Below are positions 31,664 through 43,277 of a stretch of 64,000 nucleotides of DNA, one piece after another. Below the pieces are notes generated by a model that worked only from the letters and a program-made list of their open reading frames with translations, searched no databases and was not told where the DNA came from. How positions within the stretch are numbered: position 1 is the stretch's first letter; each line of letters begins with the position of its first letter. This stretch comes from Spirochaetota bacterium (GTDB lineage: Bacteria; Spirochaetota; UBA12135; COTS27; CBDBHE01), in NCBI GenBank assembly GCA_965205605.1, contig CBDBHE010000008.1:1-64000 (forward strand). Direction: 5' to 3'. The position numbers were made by a program, and so were the translations under genes.

Positions 31664-32773
31664 TTGATCTCAGTCCCTTGTTTTCTTGCCTTAGAATCAG
31701 AAGATATTTTTGAAGGACAAAGCTTTGGAATTCAAGGGGAAGCTTATGGGGAGCTCGTTTTTAATACAGGAATGACTGGGTATCAAGAAATTATTACAGA
31801 CCCTTCTTATAAAAACCAAATTATTACTTTCTCTTACCCTGAAATAGGTAACTATGGTATCCATCTCCAAGATAATGAATCTAATCAAATTCATTGCTCT
31901 GGCATTGTTGTGAGACATTATAGTCATCAATATTCTCATCCTAAAGCAATTTCTTCTCTATCAGAATTTTTGATAAAAAATAAAATTTTAGCCATTCAAG
32001 GAATTGATACAAGAAAATTAATTAAAATCATTCGTAACAAAGGTTGTCAAAAAGCAATCCTAACAACTCACAGAGAGAAAAAAAATGACCTGATTAAAAA
32101 AGTAAAAAAATCACCTTCTATTATTAGCTTGGATCTTACAAAAAAAGTCGCTACAAAAAAAATTTATGAGTGGAAAGATAAATTTTTTAAAAAAAATAAC
32201 ATTAAATACACTATTGGCATTATTGATTACGGCCTTAAAACTAATATCTTACGTTTATTATCAAAAAGAAATTGTAAATTAATTGTCTTTCCTCCTGATG
32301 CTTCATTAAACAAAATTAAATCGTATCTTTTAGATGGGCTCTTGCTTTCTAATGGACCTGGGGATCCTTCTGTTGTTACCCATTCTATTAAAACAATTAA
32401 ACAATTAATAGGTAAAATTCCTATTTTTGGTATTTGCTTTGGACATCAAGTCATCGGTCAAGCCTTGAATTTTAAAACTTATAAACTTAAATTTGGACAT
32501 CGAGGTTGTAATCAACCTGTAAAAGACAAAAATTCTAAACAAATAAAAATCACTTCTCAAAATCATGGATTTGCAATTGATGAAAAGAAAAAAAATAAAA
32601 AAATATTTAACCATATTCATTTAAATGATTTTACTATTTCTGGTATTGATTTACCTAATAAATACCTTCACTCTGTTCAATACCATCCCGAAGCTTCCCC
32701 TGGTCCTCACGATGGAGAATCCTTTTTTGATCATTTTCTTTTTACCATAGATCATTTTAAAAATAATGCCTAA
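31664..32773 (+). CDS. carA: Carbamoyl-phosphate synthase small subunit
   Basis: [29 protein letters not shown] and [12 protein letters not shown]; TTG start. Confidence 0.96.
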   Translation: MISVPCFLALESEDIFEGQSFGIQGEAYGELVFNTGMTGYQEIITDPSYKNQIITFSYPEIGNYGIHLQDNESNQIHCSGIVVRHYSHQYSHPKAISSLSEFLIKNKILAIQGIDTRKLIKIIRNKGCQKAILTTHREKKNDLIKKVKKSPSIISLDLTKKVATKKIYEWKDKFFKKNNIKYTIGIIDYGLKTNILRLLSKRNCKLIVFPPDASLNKIKSYLLDGLLLSNGPGDPSVVTHSIKTIKQLIGKIPIFGICFGHQVIGQALNFKTYKLKFGHRGCNQPVKDKNSKQIKITSQNHGFAIDEKKKNKKIFNHIHLNDFTISGIDLPNKYLHSVQYHPEASPGPHDGESFFDHFLFTIDHFKNNA

Positions 32774-35700
32774 GCGAAAAGATTTTAAAAATATCCTTAT
32801 TATTGGGGCAGGGCCTATTGTCATTGGCCAAGCCTGTGAATTCGATTATTCTGGCACACAAGCTTGCAAAGCTTTGAAAGAAGAAGGCTATAAAATCATT
32901 TTAATTAACTCTAACCCTGCAACAATCATGACCGACCCCAATATTGCTGATGTCACTTATATCGAACCTATTACACCTGAAAATATTAAAAAAATTATTG
33001 TTAAAGAAAAAGTTGAAGCTATCTTACCAACTATCGGAGGACAAGTCGCTCTTAATACAACTCTAAAAGTAGCAAAAGACGGAGATTTCTTAAAAAAACA
33101 TAAAGTAAAGCTCATTGGTGCTAATCTAAAATCCATTGAAAAAGCAGAAAATAGAGAACTCTTTAAAAAAACAATGAAAAAAATAGGCATTCGAACCTGT
33201 TTTTCAAAATTAGTTAAAAATCTTAAAGAAAGCAGTAAAGTTATTGATAAAGTTAAATTTCCTCTTGTTATAAGGCCTTCTTACACCCTAGGGGGAACCG
33301 GCGGCTCAATTGTCTACAACCTAGAAGAATATAAAGTAATGATAGAGAAAGGCTTAAAACTTTCTATGACTCATGAAGTCATTGTAGAACAATCTATCAT
33401 CGGATGGAAAGAATACGAACTAGAAGTAATGAAAGACTGTAAAGACAACGTTGTGATTATTTGTTCTATTGAAAACATTGATCCAGTAGGAATTCACACA
33501 GGAGATAGCATTACTGTTGCTCCTCAGCAAACATTAACCGATAAAGAATACCAAAATCTAAGAAATATGACCATAGATATTATACGAGAAATTGGGGTTT
33601 CAACAGGGGGAGCAAATGTACAATTTGCAGTCCATCCTGAAACAAGAGATATCATTGTCATTGAAATGAACCCTAGAGTTTCTCGTTCTTCAGCCTTAGC
33701 TTCAAAAGCAACTGGGTTTCCCATTGCAAAAATTGCTAGTAAATTAGCCATTGGTTACACCTTAGAAGAAATACCCAACGACATTACACAAACAACCCCT
33801 TCTTGTTTTGAACCTACCATTGATTATGTTGTCACTAAAATGCCTCAATTTGCTTTTGAAAAATTTCCTTCTGCTTCTGAAAATTTAAGCATTCAAATGA
33901 AATCAGTGGGTGAAACCATGGCCATCGGAAGAACTTTTAAAGAATCCTTTCAAAAAGCTTTTAGAGGGTTGCAAAAAGAAACTATCGGGTATGAAGGAGT
34001 AATTTTTTCTTATGAAAAAATTGATAAAATAAAAAATAAAAAAACAATCGAAACCATTTCTAAAGAAAACCAAGACTTAATGGAATCCTTACAAACAAAA
34101 ATTATTGAAAATCATTATAAAAAAATCAACTACATTAAAGATTGTTTTTTTCTTGGCTTATCTGTGGATAAAGTTTATTCTTTATCAAAAATTGATCCTT
34201 GGTTTTTACATCAACTTAAAGATATTGTTACTATTGAAAAACAATTTTGGGGGAAAAAACTTCAAAACACAACCCCAAAAGAACTATTAACTCTCAAACA
34301 AAATGGCTTTTCTGATCCTCAATTAAGTTTCCTTTTTAAAACCAGTACGACTTTAGTTAAGGAAAAGAGAAACACTTTAAATATTAAACCTAGTTTTAAA
34401 ATAGTAGATACCTGTGCAGGAGAGTTTTTGGCCAAAACTCCTTATTATTATTCCAATTATGATGAAGAAAATGACTATATTCCTTCAAAAAAAAAAGAAA
34501 AAATTATTATTTTAGGGAGTGGTCCCAACCAAATCGGACAAGGAATTGAATTTGATTATATGTGTGTTAAAGCCTCACTTGCTCTAAAAAAAATGAAATA
34601 TGAGTCTATTATTATTAATTCTAATCCAGAGACCGTTTCAACAGATTATGATGTTTCCGATGCTCTTTTTTTTGATCCTCTTACTTATGAAGATGTTTTT
34701 GAAATCATTGATTTTATCAAACCAAAAGGAATTTTAATTCAATTTGGAGGTCAAGTCCCTCTTAATTTAAGTCAAAAATTAAATGATGCTGGCATCCCTA
34801 TTTTAGGAACTCAATCAAAAAATATTTCTATGGCAGAAGATAGAAAAAAATTTAAGAAAATCTTAAATCAACTTCAATTTAAACAACCCACTAGTGCTAT
34901 TATTTATTCTTTAAAAGAAGCTCTTGCTTTTTTAAAAAAAATTGATTTCCCTCTCCTTATTCGTCCTTCTTTTGTCTTAGGAGGCAGAGCAATGGAAATC
35001 GTTTATAATCAAACAGATTTTAATAAATACATTTTAAAAGCAATTAGACTTTTTCCTAATCAACCGATTTTAATTGATAAATATCTTGAAAATGCAATCG
35101 AATTAGATGTTGACGCTATTTGTGATGGACAAGAAACCGTCATTTGTGGCATTATGGAGCATATCGAAGAAGCAGGAATTCATTCTGGGGATTCAGCTTG
35201 CGTGCTACCTCCTTATTCTATTAGCCCACCCATTATTGAAAAAATTAAACAACAAACAAGTCAAATAGCAAAAAAAATTAATGTAAAAGGACTCATTAAT
35301 ATTCAATTTGCTCTCAAAGAAAACGAACTCTATATTTTAGAAGTTAACCCAAGGGGTTCTCGAACGATTCCTTTTGTTAGTAAAGCCACTGGTATTGATT
35401 GGGTTAATATAGCTACAAAAGTGATTTTAGAAAAAAGCATCAAAAAACTTAAAGTTCAAAAAAATTGTTGGGAAAAGCTTAATTACACTAATATTAAAGA
35501 AGTTATTTTTCCTTTTGACAAATTTCAAGAAGAAGACACTTTACTTGGACCCGAGATGAAATCTACAGGAGAAGTAATGGGTATCGGAAAAAATTTAGGG
35601 GAAGCTTATTATAAAGCTCAAGAAGCCATTTACCAAAACCTTCCTTTGAAAGGAAGCCTCTTAGTGACTGTAAAATCAAAAAATCATTTAGATATTATTC

Positions 35701-36053
35701 ATTCTTGTCGGTCTCTTTATCAAGCAGATTTTAAAATTTATGCCACAGAGGGAACTGCCAATTTTTTAAAAGAACATCATATTGATAACCAATTTATTCA
35801 TAAAATGGGCGAAGGAAGACCTGATATTAGAGACATTATTTTAAATAGTGAGATCAAACTTATTTTTAACATTCCCATAGGAAAAAAAGCTAAAAAAACA
35901 GATCGCTATATTCGTACTTTAGCTCAACAACATCGCATCCCTATTGTTACAACAATTTATGGAATAAAAGCAACAACAGAAGCTATTACCACAAAAAAAA
36001 AACGAGATTTTAATGTTCGTTCTATTCAAAAAGATATCTTTAAAAAAAAATGA
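32766..36053 (+). CDS. carB: Carbamoyl-phosphate synthase large subunit
   Basis: [19 protein letters not shown], two ATP-grasp domains (EMNPR, EVNPR) and an MGS domain. Confidence 0.97.
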   Translation: MPKRKDFKNILIIGAGPIVIGQACEFDYSGTQACKALKEEGYKIILINSNPATIMTDPNIADVTYIEPITPENIKKIIVKEKVEAILPTIGGQVALNTTLKVAKDGDFLKKHKVKLIGANLKSIEKAENRELFKKTMKKIGIRTCFSKLVKNLKESSKVIDKVKFPLVIRPSYTLGGTGGSIVYNLEEYKVMIEKGLKLSMTHEVIVEQSIIGWKEYELEVMKDCKDNVVIICSIENIDPVGIHTGDSITVAPQQTLTDKEYQNLRNMTIDIIREIGVSTGGANVQFAVHPETRDIIVIEMNPRVSRSSALASKATGFPIAKIASKLAIGYTLEEIPNDITQTTPSCFEPTIDYVVTKMPQFAFEKFPSASENLSIQMKSVGETMAIGRTFKESFQKAFRGLQKETIGYEGVIFSYEKIDKIKNKKTIETISKENQDLMESLQTKIIENHYKKINYIKDCFFLGLSVDKVYSLSKIDPWFLHQLKDIVTIEKQFWGKKLQNTTPKELLTLKQNGFSDPQLSFLFKTSTTLVKEKRNTLNIKPSFKIVDTCAGEFLAKTPYYYSNYDEENDYIPSKKKEKIIILGSGPNQIGQGIEFDYMCVKASLALKKMKYESIIINSNPETVSTDYDVSDALFFDPLTYEDVFEIIDFIKPKGILIQFGGQVPLNLSQKLNDAGIPILGTQSKNISMAEDRKKFKKILNQLQFKQPTSAIIYSLKEALAFLKKIDFPLLIRPSFVLGGRAMEIVYNQTDFNKYILKAIRLFPNQPILIDKYLENAIELDVDAICDGQETVICGIMEHIEEAGIHSGDSACVLPPYSISPPIIEKIKQQTSQIAKKINVKGLINIQFALKENELYILEVNPRGSRTIPFVSKATGIDWVNIATKVILEKSIKKLKVQKNCWEKLNYTNIKEVIFPFDKFQEEDTLLGPEMKSTGEVMGIGKNLGEAYYKAQEAIYQNLPLKGSLLVTVKSKNHLDIIHSCRSLYQADFKIYATEGTANFLKEHHIDNQFIHKMGEGRPDIRDIILNSEIKLIFNIPIGKKAKKTDRYIRTLAQQHRIPIVTTIYGIKATTEAITTKKKRDFNVRSIQKDIFKKK

Positions 36054-37453
36054 AATTTAAAAAAGAAAAAAAAGAAGAATGTGGTATTTTTGGCATCAGT
36101 AACTCTAAAGAAGCTGTTTCATTAACTGTAATGGGGCTATTTGCTCTACAACACAGAGGTGAAGAAGCTTGTGGGATAACGTATTCTAATGAAAAAAAGA
36201 TTATTTCTAAAAAAGGCAAAGGGCTAGTTAACGAAGTTTTTTCTAAAATTAAACTCAATGAATTAAAAGGAGAATTAGCCATTGGTCATAATCGATATTC
36301 AGTGACAGGAAGCTCAGCTTCAACGTTTAATATCCAACCTCTTGTAGCAGAACATATCAAAGGAAGTGTTGCTATTGCTCATAATGGCAACATTACTAAT
36401 GCTAAAAAGCTTAAAATGAAATTAGAACAAAAAGGTTCGGTTTTTCAAACAGGAATGGATACAGAAATTTTTCTTCATTTAATTGTAACTTCACCTTTTA
36501 AATCGATTAAAGATTCTATTTTAGATGCGATTAAACAAGTAGAAGGTGCTTTTTGTTTACTAATCATGACAAAAAATACTCTTTATGCAACAAGAGATAA
36601 ATATGGTTTACGGCCTTTATGTATTGGGAAGTTAAAAAATTCTTTTGTTATCTCTTCTGAAACGTGTGCATTAGACCTTATTGGAGCAAAGTACACAGGT
36701 CAAGTGAACCCAGGAGAATTAGTTACCATCAAAAAAGATATCTTAAAAAGAGAATTTTACACCAAAAGACCTCAAGAAAAAAAATGTATTTTTGAGCTTA
36801 TTTATTTTTCAAGACCTGACTCTCTTATTTTTGGAGAATCTGTTTATCAATTTAGAAAAAGAGCGGGTAAAATTTTAGCTCAAGAAGCCCCTGTCAAAAA
36901 TGCTGATATGATTATTCCTGTTCCAGACTCTGGAGTTCAATCTGCTTTAGGTTATGCAGAAGAATCCAAAACTCCTTTTGAAATGTCCATTACCAGAAAC
37001 CATTATGTTGGTAGAAGTTTTATTCAACCTAATCAAGCAATAAGGGAATCGTTTGTTAAAATCAAATTAAACCCTATCAAAAATATTATTGAAAACAAGA
37101 AGATTGTTTTAGTTGATGATTCTATTGTAAGAGGAACAACAACAAAACAAAAAATAGAAGCTTTTAAAAAAACAGGTGTAAAAGAAATCCATATGCGTAT
37201 TGCTTGCTCTCCTTTAAAACATTCTTGTTATTATGGGGTTGATTTTCCTGATCAAAAAAAACTTATTGCTCATAAGAAAACAGTTGAACAAATTAGAAAA
37301 TTTTTAGGATTAGACTCTTTAGCTTACTTAAGTTTAGAAGGTTTATTAAAAGCAAGTGAAAACTCTAATTTTTGTGAAGCTTGCTTTACAGGAAATTACC
37401 CAATTAAAGTTGATTTTGATTCTAAAAAAGAACAACTGGAAAATCAAAATTGA
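36050..37453 (+). CDS. purF: Amidophosphoribosyltransferase (propeptide / Fe-S type)
   Basis: EECGIFG with a 10-residue propeptide, [14 protein letters not shown], and Cys ligands in CIFE, CYYG and CEAC. Confidence 0.95.
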   Translation: MKFKKEKKEECGIFGISNSKEAVSLTVMGLFALQHRGEEACGITYSNEKKIISKKGKGLVNEVFSKIKLNELKGELAIGHNRYSVTGSSASTFNIQPLVAEHIKGSVAIAHNGNITNAKKLKMKLEQKGSVFQTGMDTEIFLHLIVTSPFKSIKDSILDAIKQVEGAFCLLIMTKNTLYATRDKYGLRPLCIGKLKNSFVISSETCALDLIGAKYTGQVNPGELVTIKKDILKREFYTKRPQEKKCIFELIYFSRPDSLIFGESVYQFRKRAGKILAQEAPVKNADMIIPVPDSGVQSALGYAEESKTPFEMSITRNHYVGRSFIQPNQAIRESFVKIKLNPIKNIIENKKIVLVDDSIVRGTTTKQKIEAFKKTGVKEIHMRIACSPLKHSCYYGVDFPDQKKLIAHKKTVEQIRKFLGLDSLAYLSLEGLLKASENSNFCEACFTGNYPIKVDFDSKKEQLENQN

Positions 37454-37487
37454 ATTTCAATACTTCTAAAAAACACCTTTAACCTCA

Positions 37488-38228
37488 ATGAAAATTATTG
37501 CTATTATCCCTGCTAGAAAAAACTCTACTCGTCTACCCAATAAACTTTTAATAACCATTAATAATAAACCTATTATTCAACACACTTATGAAGGTATTTT
37601 AAATTATAAAAAAATAGAAAAAATTATTGTTGCTACAGATGATTCTGAAATTAAAAAAACAGTAGAAAATTTTGGTGGAATAGCTCTAATGACTTCTAAA
37701 AACCACTCAACCGGTTCGGATAGAATTTGTGAAGTCGTTAAGAAAATAAAGCCTTTTGATCTTATTTTAAATATTCAAGGAGATGAGCCTCTCGTTAATA
37801 AAAATCTCATTCATTCTCTTATAACTCCTTTTTTAGAAAATCACTCAAAACAAAAAAAAGTAAGTACACTTATAAAAAAAATAACCCACTTAAAAGAAAT
37901 TGAAAATCCCAATATTGTCAAAGTTGTTACTTCCGATGATCAAAAAGAAGCTCTTTATTTCTCTAGATCTCCTATTCCTTACAATCGAGGAAAAAAAGCT
38001 AATATCACTTATTACAAACATATCGGTCTTTACGCTTATGAAAAAAACTTTTTACTTAAATTTAATCAGTATCCCCAAACACCTTTAGAAAAAAGCGAAA
38101 ACTTAGAGCAACTTCGTATTCTAGAAATGAAAGAAAAAATCTTTATAAAAGAAACAACTGAAGAAACAATCGATATTAATACTAAAGAAGATTTAACACG
38201 TCTTAAAAAATATTTTCAAAAAGATTGA
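37488..38228 (+). CDS. kdsB: 3-deoxy-manno-octulosonate cytidylyltransferase
   Basis: IPAR..STRLPNK, NIQGDEP, ALYFSRSPIP and E.LEQLR. Confidence 0.95.
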   Translation: MKIIAIIPARKNSTRLPNKLLITINNKPIIQHTYEGILNYKKIEKIIVATDDSEIKKTVENFGGIALMTSKNHSTGSDRICEVVKKIKPFDLILNIQGDEPLVNKNLIHSLITPFLENHSKQKKVSTLIKKITHLKEIENPNIVKVVTSDDQKEALYFSRSPIPYNRGKKANITYYKHIGLYAYEKNFLLKFNQYPQTPLEKSENLEQLRILEMKEKIFIKETTEETIDINTKEDLTRLKKYFQKD

Positions 38229-39223
38229 TAGGGTAATTTTAAGTTAGTAAAAAATTGAGTTTTTTGCTTTAAAATAGCTTGCTTAAATAAAAAATCAATT
38301 TTTTCATCAAAAATTTTTTTCTTTTTTTCTGATATAATAATATTTTTTACAATAACAGATGCCTTTTTATAAGGAACCAAGCCATCTGTTTTGATATCTT
38401 TAACTTTATACAAATAAAACCCATTGGGAGTTGATATAATAGGCGTTATCGACCCTTTTTTAGCCTTTTGCAGCACTTCAATCTTTCTTTTTTCAGTTCT
38501 TCCAAGCTCTAAAAGAATGATCCAACCTAGATCTCCTTTAATTCCTTTCGAGCTAATATCATCACTATATTTTGAAACAGCTTCTTCAAAAGAGATTTTC
38601 TTATTTCTTAAACGATCAAGCACTTTTTGAGCTTGTTTTTTGATTGCTTTTTGCTCTAAAAAACCCATCCCTTCAATGATTTCAAAAAAAATAACGGATA
38701 AAGAATATAAAGGGGTATCTTCTTTAATTAAAAATTTTTCTTTATTTTTTTTATAAAAGTTTCGTATTTCTATTTCTGTTGGCTCTTGAACAAAAATAGA
38801 TCGCCCTACAAATGACTGAACATATAAACTGTTTTCTTGACTTTCATAAAAAAAGTCAAAATCAATTCCTTCTCTTTCTTCCAAGTATCTTTTTAGCGTT
38901 TCAATATCTTTAAGTCCATTAGAATTAACCATTCTATTAATCTGATTAGTAACATCGACACCACTAATAAAAATACCTGTACGAATGGCTTCTTGTTTAA
39001 TAAGATGATTAACAATCATATTGGAAATAATAAAATGATCATAGTTGTCTATTCCAAGGTTTTTTTTAATTGCAGGATCCTTTAAAGTATTTTTTTTCTG
39101 CCTTTCAAAATCCATTTTTGTAATAATATTGTTATTAACAATAAAATAAATTTCTTCAATGACTTCTGAAAAAACAGAAATATTAAAAAACAAAAAACTA
39201 ATTAAAAAAAACTTTAATTTCAT
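38216..39223 (-). CDS. SurA-like peptidyl-prolyl isomerase/chaperone
   Basis: Signal peptide, VNNNIIT N-domain and parvulin motif FEEAVSKYSDD..KGDLGW. Confidence 0.82.
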   Translation of the reverse strand: MKLKFFLISFLFFNISVFSEVIEEIYFIVNNNIITKMDFERQKKNTLKDPAIKKNLGIDNYDHFIISNMIVNHLIKQEAIRTGIFISGVDVTNQINRMVNSNGLKDIETLKRYLEEREGIDFDFFYESQENSLYVQSFVGRSIFVQEPTEIEIRNFYKKNKEKFLIKEDTPLYSLSVIFFEIIEGMGFLEQKAIKKQAQKVLDRLRNKKISFEEAVSKYSDDISSKGIKGDLGWIILLELGRTEKRKIEVLQKAKKGSITPIISTPNGFYLYKVKDIKTDGLVPYKKASVIVKNIIISEKKKKIFDEKIDFLFKQAILKQKTQFFTNLKLPYQSF

Positions 39224-39996
39224 TTTTTAATAGATTCAATTGTGATTTTTGGAAAAATTTTAAGAGCAATATTATTGAAAATTTCATTTTTGTCATTAGT
39301 AAAAATTTTGATTTTTCCTTTTTTTTGATTTGATTTAAGACTTTTTTCTTCCATCGTTTTTAAAACATATTTTGCAGTTGCTAAAGTAGAATCAATAATA
39401 TTTAACTTAGGATAAAGATTTTTAATTTTTTTTTTTATAAAAGGATAATGAGTACAGCCTAAAACTAAAGTATCAATTTTTGAAATTATACCATCTAAAT
39501 ATTCTTTAATAATTAATTTTAAAATATTTTCATTAGAAAAATTTTCTTCTATTAAAGGAACAAAAAGAGGACAAGCTTTCTCTAAAACCACACTTTCAAC
39601 ATTAATGGATTTTATTGTTCTCGAATAAGCCTTAGAAGTAATCGTCCGATAAGTCCCAATAATTCCAATTTTATTACTGTTTAAAGCTGCTTCTTCACAA
39701 ACAGGGTAAATAACCCCAATAACAGGAAATGGACTATTTTTTTTTAGCTCTTTAACGGCAATTGCCGTACTTGTATTACAAGCAACAACAAGCATTTTAA
39801 TGCCTTGTTTTTCCAAAAATTGACGATTGTTAAGACTATACTCTATAATAGATTCTTTGCTTTTATTCCCATAAGGAACATGTGCAGAATCTCCAAAATA
39901 AAGAAGATTTTCATTAGGGAGTAATCGATAAATTGCTTGTGCAACTGTCAAACCCCCTACTCCAGAATCAAAAATACCAATCGATAAATTATTCAT
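39220..39996 (-). CDS. murI: Glutamate racemase
   Basis: FDSGVGG, PYG, VACNT and LGCTHY. Confidence 0.96.
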   Translation of the reverse strand: MNNLSIGIFDSGVGGLTVAQAIYRLLPNENLLYFGDSAHVPYGNKSKESIIEYSLNNRQFLEKQGIKMLVVACNTSTAIAVKELKKNSPFPVIGVIYPVCEEAALNSNKIGIIGTYRTITSKAYSRTIKSINVESVVLEKACPLFVPLIEENFSNENILKLIIKEYLDGIISKIDTLVLGCTHYPFIKKKIKNLYPKLNIIDSTLATAKYVLKTMEEKSLKSNQKKGKIKIFTNDKNEIFNNIALKIFPKITIESIKK

Positions 39997-40005
39997 CTTA
40001 AAAAA

Positions 40006-40842
40006 TTATAAAAGTTGGATCATTTTTTTAATATTAAATTTTTTATTAGTCCAAAGTTGATATTGCATCGAAGCTTGATTAATAAACATTTTTCTACCAT
40101 CTAAAATAGTAGCTCCTTTTTTTTTCGCTTCTTTTAAAAATTTCGTTATTAGTGGATTATAAATAATATCATAAGCAAACATCTTCGAATCAAAAAACGT
40201 ACTAGAAATAGGACTTTGATCAATATTAGGAAACATCCCAATTGGAGTCGTATTAATAATAATCGTATGCGTTTTATTGTTCAAATTTGAAAGTTCATCA
40301 AAATTATAAACTTGACATTCACATCCGTAAGAGCGAATCTTTTTTTGAAGAAGAGTACTTTTTTTTTTATTTCTAACGCAAAAGTCTATTTGACAATGAC
40401 CATACTCATACGCCATCGTAATACTAATCCCTCTTGCTGCTCCACCAGCACCTAAGATTAATATTTTTTCTTTTAACCAATTCAAACGAACTGCTTTTAA
40501 AGCACTAATAGCCCCTAGCCCATCAAAATTATAACCTTCTGTAATCCCATTTTTAAAAATTACCGTATTAATCGCCTCAATTTCTAAAGCCAATGGACTT
40601 AGTTGATCAACTTGATTTTTTAGTTCTTCTTTATAAGGAAGTGTCACTGACAAACCCTTTATATTTAAAGTAGATGCCAATTTTAAAAAATGCTTTATTT
40701 TTTTTTTATCAATATCAAAGGCAACGTAAACAGCATTAATACGATCTTTTTTAAAAGCTTCATTAAAAATAAGAGGTGATTTTGAATGCTTTATAGGACA
40801 TCCTACAACCCCATATAAACTAGTGTGTGCATCAATTTTCAT
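40006..40842 (-). CDS. aroE: Shikimate dehydrogenase
   Basis: HSKSP, SVTLPYK, AINT, GAGGAA, NTTPIG and DIIYNP. Confidence 0.92.
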   Translation of the reverse strand: MKIDAHTSLYGVVGCPIKHSKSPLIFNEAFKKDRINAVYVAFDIDKKKIKHFLKLASTLNIKGLSVTLPYKEELKNQVDQLSPLALEIEAINTVIFKNGITEGYNFDGLGAISALKAVRLNWLKEKILILGAGGAARGISITMAYEYGHCQIDFCVRNKKKSTLLQKKIRSYGCECQVYNFDELSNLNNKTHTIIINTTPIGMFPNIDQSPISSTFFDSKMFAYDIIYNPLITKFLKEAKKKGATILDGRKMFINQASMQYQLWTNKKFNIKKMIQLL

Positions 40843-41746
40843 AGAGGTTTTTTAGACTGAAAATCATTTCTGAAAAAAAATTAGGTATTGGTAAATTAAA
40901 AGACATCATCTTTTTTGCTACAGGATGTTTGAAAGAAAGGCATTTTGAAAACAAATACAACTGATCTCCTTTTTTATAATAACGACTATAAAGAGCATCT
41001 CCAACAATAGGATGATTAATATGAGAAAAATGAACTCTAATTTGGTGAGTTCTTCCTGTAGAAGGGGTTACTTTAATTTGGGTAAAACCATCAAAATATT
41101 TAACAACTTCATAATAAGTAATTGCTTCTTTCCCATCTTTCTTCACCGTTCTTTTTAAAGGATTTTTAAGACTCACTCCAATAGGAAAGTCAAGTATTCC
41201 TTTTCCTTTATAGTGATTACCTTTTAAAAGAGCTAGATATTCTTTTTTTACGATTCGTTTTTTAAATTGTAAAATAAGATCATAAGCTACTTTCTTATTT
41301 TTTGCCATCACCATCAGTCCAGACGTTTCTTTATCCAAACGATGGACAATTCCTTCCCTAAGATTATTTTCTAAATTAAAAAGATAATTTTTTCTATTAA
41401 TGAGACAATTAAAAAGAGTTTCTTTTTCTAAAAAAGAAGTCGGGTGTGTTTTTATTTTAGCAGGTTTATTAACAACCCAAATAACATCATCTTCATAAAT
41501 TGTTTTTATTTTAAGCTCTTCAGCATTATTTTTAAAGCAACAAAAAGGCCTAGCTTTCTCTAATAAAAGCAAAATCTCATCTCCTTTTTTAACTTTATAT
41601 GTAGGTTTAATTTTTTTTTCATTAACATATAAATGACATGTTTCTTTTTTCAAACTAGATTTAGAAAAAATGACTTTTTTAATATTCAAAAGATAATCAT
41701 CAATTCTAATAGGTAAAGAATGCTGACAAGTAAACTGATGCCGCAT
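40832..41746 (-). CDS. RluA/RluD-family pseudouridine synthase
   Basis: S4-like N-terminus, VNKP, HRLDKETSG and TGRTHQIRVH. Confidence 0.92.
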   Translation of the reverse strand: MRHQFTCQHSLPIRIDDYLLNIKKVIFSKSSLKKETCHLYVNEKKIKPTYKVKKGDEILLLLEKARPFCCFKNNAEELKIKTIYEDDVIWVVNKPAKIKTHPTSFLEKETLFNCLINRKNYLFNLENNLREGIVHRLDKETSGLMVMAKNKKVAYDLILQFKKRIVKKEYLALLKGNHYKGKGILDFPIGVSLKNPLKRTVKKDGKEAITYYEVVKYFDGFTQIKVTPSTGRTHQIRVHFSHINHPIVGDALYSRYYKKGDQLYLFSKCLSFKHPVAKKMMSFNLPIPNFFSEMIFSLKNLYEN

Positions 41747-42283
41747 TTAAAAAGATGATTGATAAAAGCTCATATCATAGCGATAACGATACTGATCTTT
41801 AGAATTTAGATAAGTAGATAATTCAGATTTAAAAAGTTTTTCAATAGGATAGTTAAAAGAAATCACCCCCGACCACAAAATAGGATTAATCCAAATAAAA
41901 AGGTTACTAGGAATAAAAAAATTATTAATCGTCCCTGTCGGTCTCAGACCAACAGACCCTGTCGGTCTATAACCATTTAAAATAATGGTTATATCAATTA
42001 TATTTAAGAAAATATTATTTAAAAAATTTGTATATAAAATAGTAAAAGGAAGTGAAATAAAAAAAATGATCTCACTTTTTCTAAAAAAATCAATCGATTC
42101 TTTTTGGGTATTTTCTTCTAAATAAAGATTTGGGACTGAAGAGATGGCTGGTTCATTAAGAGACAACTTAAATAAAAGAGAAGAATCTTGTATAAAAAAA
42201 TCTTTATGATCGTAAGCAAAAAGATTTAAATGAACCCAAAGAAAAAAAAAGGTTAAAAAGAACTTAGTTAAAATATTTCTCAT
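41747..42283 (-). CDS. Hypothetical membrane/exported protein
   Basis: Signal peptide and an R..EIIFF.SLPFT motif that I recall from conserved spirochaete hypothetical proteins; sits inside the operon. Confidence 0.6.
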   Translation of the reverse strand: MRNILTKFFLTFFFLWVHLNLFAYDHKDFFIQDSSLLFKLSLNEPAISSVPNLYLEENTQKESIDFFRKSEIIFFISLPFTILYTNFLNNIFLNIIDITIILNGYRPTGSVGLRPTGTINNFFIPSNLFIWINPILWSGVISFNYPIEKLFKSELSTYLNSKDQYRYRYDMSFYQSSF

Positions 42284-43127
42284 ACAAAGGTCCTAGTCTT
42301 TCTTTGATTTCTTTTGAAATAAGTGACTTATCAGTAACAATTGCATTGCTAGCGGCATGCATGTGTTCACAATCTGGTAATTCATTTAAAGCTGTAACCA
42401 TTGGAACGATTAAAGACTTAACAGTATTGGTATTTTTGATCATATGTTTCATAACGTGTTCGACAGAGACGGTCTTTTCATCTTCTTTCCAGCAATCGTA
42501 ATCAGTTGTCATGGCCAAGAGAGCGTAACACATTTCTGCTTCACGAGCCAATTTTGCTTCAGGAATAGCCGTCATCCCAATGACAGACGCTCCCCAAGAA
42601 CGATAAAGATTACTTTCTGCAATGGTTGAAAAAGCAGGCCCTTCCATACAAACATAAGTGCCTTCTTTATAAACAGGGTATTTATTATTCTTTAAAACTG
42701 TATAAATTGCCTTTCTTATTTTCTCACAAAAAGGCTCCGAAAAAGAAACATGACCAACAATTCCTTTTTCAAAAAAAGTAGAAACCCTTGATTTGGTACG
42801 ATCGATAACTTGATCAGGCAACACAAAGTCTTCAGGGTGAATATTTTCTTTCAAACTCCCAATAGATGAAATCGAAAGTACTTTTTTAACACTAAGCTTC
42901 TTAAGAGCAAAAATATTAGCTCGATAAGGGATTTCAGATGCGGTTAAAGCATGCCCTTTTCCATGGCGAGTTAAAAAAGCAACATTGACACCTTCAATCT
43001 CAAAGCATTTAATACTACTTGAAGGTTTTCCATAAGGAGTCTCTAAGTTAATTTCTTCTAATAGCTTTATCTCTTCAAAGTCATAAATACCACTGCCACC
43101 AATAATGGCAATATCGATATTTTTCAA
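42264..43127 (-). CDS. mtnP: S-methyl-5'-thioadenosine phosphorylase
   Basis: IIGGSG, TPYG.PS, RHG..H, EGPAFST, GMT..PEAKLAREA and TDYDCW. Confidence 0.92.
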   Translation of the reverse strand: MKNIDIAIIGGSGIYDFEEIKLLEEINLETPYGKPSSSIKCFEIEGVNVAFLTRHGKGHALTASEIPYRANIFALKKLSVKKVLSISSIGSLKENIHPEDFVLPDQVIDRTKSRVSTFFEKGIVGHVSFSEPFCEKIRKAIYTVLKNNKYPVYKEGTYVCMEGPAFSTIAESNLYRSWGASVIGMTAIPEAKLAREAEMCYALLAMTTDYDCWKEDEKTVSVEHVMKHMIKNTNTVKSLIVPMVTALNELPDCEHMHAASNAIVTDKSLISKEIKERLGPLYEKYFN

Positions 43128-43277
43128 ACTAATATCTCCGTTTTCAAATAGCTTTTTTAACCGTTGCTAATTGTAACATTAAGTCAAAAAAAGAAGCAAT
43201 ATAAAAATAAAACAACCATTGCAAATCATTAACAGTTGATTTTCTTAATAAATGATAATATTTTTGTTGTATTGCTA

